NCBI RefSeq assembly: GCF_000803625.1
Contig: NZ_CP007496.1
Location: 210,001-242,000 of the forward strand
DNA length: 32,000 nucleotides
From: Candidatus Nanosynbacter lyticus
Lineage (GTDB): Bacteria; Patescibacteriota; Saccharimonadia; Saccharimonadales; Saccharimonadaceae
Direction of reading: 5' to 3'
The number at the start of each line of letters is the position of its first letter. Position 1 is the stretch's first letter. The translations under genes were made by a program, and so were the position numbers. The notes under the pieces were generated by a model. The model worked only from the letters and a program-made list of their open reading frames with translations, was not told where the DNA came from and did not search any database. Shown here one piece after another: positions 31,722 through 32,000 of this stretch.

Positions 31722-32000
31722 ATGAAGCATCTTTTACATTCGCATCATCCGTTTCGGATTTTTTGGTTTTCAGTGCTATTAACCATGGCTTTAGGTGGTC
31801 TAATTTTTACGCAAATGGGGCTTAATGGCTTATGGCTATTTGCCATTTTAGTTATTTTGGAAGTAACTTTTAGTTTTGATAATGCAGTAATCAATAGTAA
31901 GGTTCTGGCGGGGATGGGTCAGGTTTGGCAGAAAATATTCTTGACAGTCGGTATTTTTGTAGCGGTGTTTGTTGTGCGATTTATATTGCCAATTGTTATT
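31722..32000 (+). CDS. DUF475/TerC-like integral membrane protein (partial, runs off the window)
   Basis: The reading frame is open from ATG 31722 to the window end: MKHLLHSHHPFRIFWFSVLLTMALGG...LEVTFSFDNAVINSKVLAGM. The SFDNA motif is typical of DUF475/TerC-type proteins. Confidence 0.65.
   Translation, partial: MKHLLHSHHPFRIFWFSVLLTMALGGLIFTQMGLNGLWLFAILVILEVTFSFDNAVINSKVLAGMGQVWQKIFLTVGIFVAVFVVRFILPIVI

Noticed and set aside
1-32000. A scan for CRISPR arrays, tRNA/rRNA genes, transposases and an alternative genetic code.
   Set aside because: I saw no spaced direct-repeat arrays, no tRNA T-arm/acceptor signatures in intergenic regions, and no transposase or integrase motifs. All long genes read through cleanly with the standard code.

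Overview
This is a 32-kb chromosomal window of roughly 40-45% GC by eye, with several patches near 33% GC. It uses the standard genetic code and is very tightly packed. Gene content suggests a small-genome, Gram-positive-type bacterium, plausibly a Patescibacteria/CPR (Saccharibacteria-like) lineage; that placement is inference only. The plus-strand block 48-17300 carries a SAP-domain protein, a NUDIX hydrolase, two unknown proteins, an SDR, a YvcK/CofD-family protein, a divergent RelA/SpoT-like protein and RNase HI. It continues with an unknown 325-aa protein translationally coupled to a PIF1/RecD-like helicase, then a compact dcw cluster (mraZ-rsmH-ftsL-ftsI-mraY-ftsW-murG-ftsQ). That cluster ends abruptly at a 770-bp AT-rich non-coding gap. 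Next come a DUF2726 gene (-) and a polyamine module (+) made of AdoMet decarboxylase, a DUF4178 protein and a membrane-fused aminopropyltransferase. The following minus-strand block holds a type-IV-coupling-protein-like ATPase, a sigma-region-4/HARE-HTH protein, topA, a CDP-alcohol phosphatidyltransferase, dprA, and a Fur-family regulator with a COG0701 permease/DUF1980 pair. A partial DUF475/TerC-like gene closes the window. I recognised no rRNA, tRNA, CRISPR array or transposase. The most notable observations are: (1) almost every transcription unit has a (TGn)TATAAT box ending 6-10 nt before its ATG, implying leaderless mRNAs; (2) an ORF-free, structured ~310-nt transcript at 29128-29438 has the best promoter and terminator in the window; (3) an insulated two-gene operon pairs an unknown, possibly DUF4868/KwaB-like, protein with a PIF1 helicase; (4) a two-gene unknown cassette sits behind a palindrome-containing leaderless promoter; (5) a 235-bp CA-rich element bounded by inverted repeats lies between mraZ and rsmH. 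All family assignments rest on motif recognition by eye; no searches were run.
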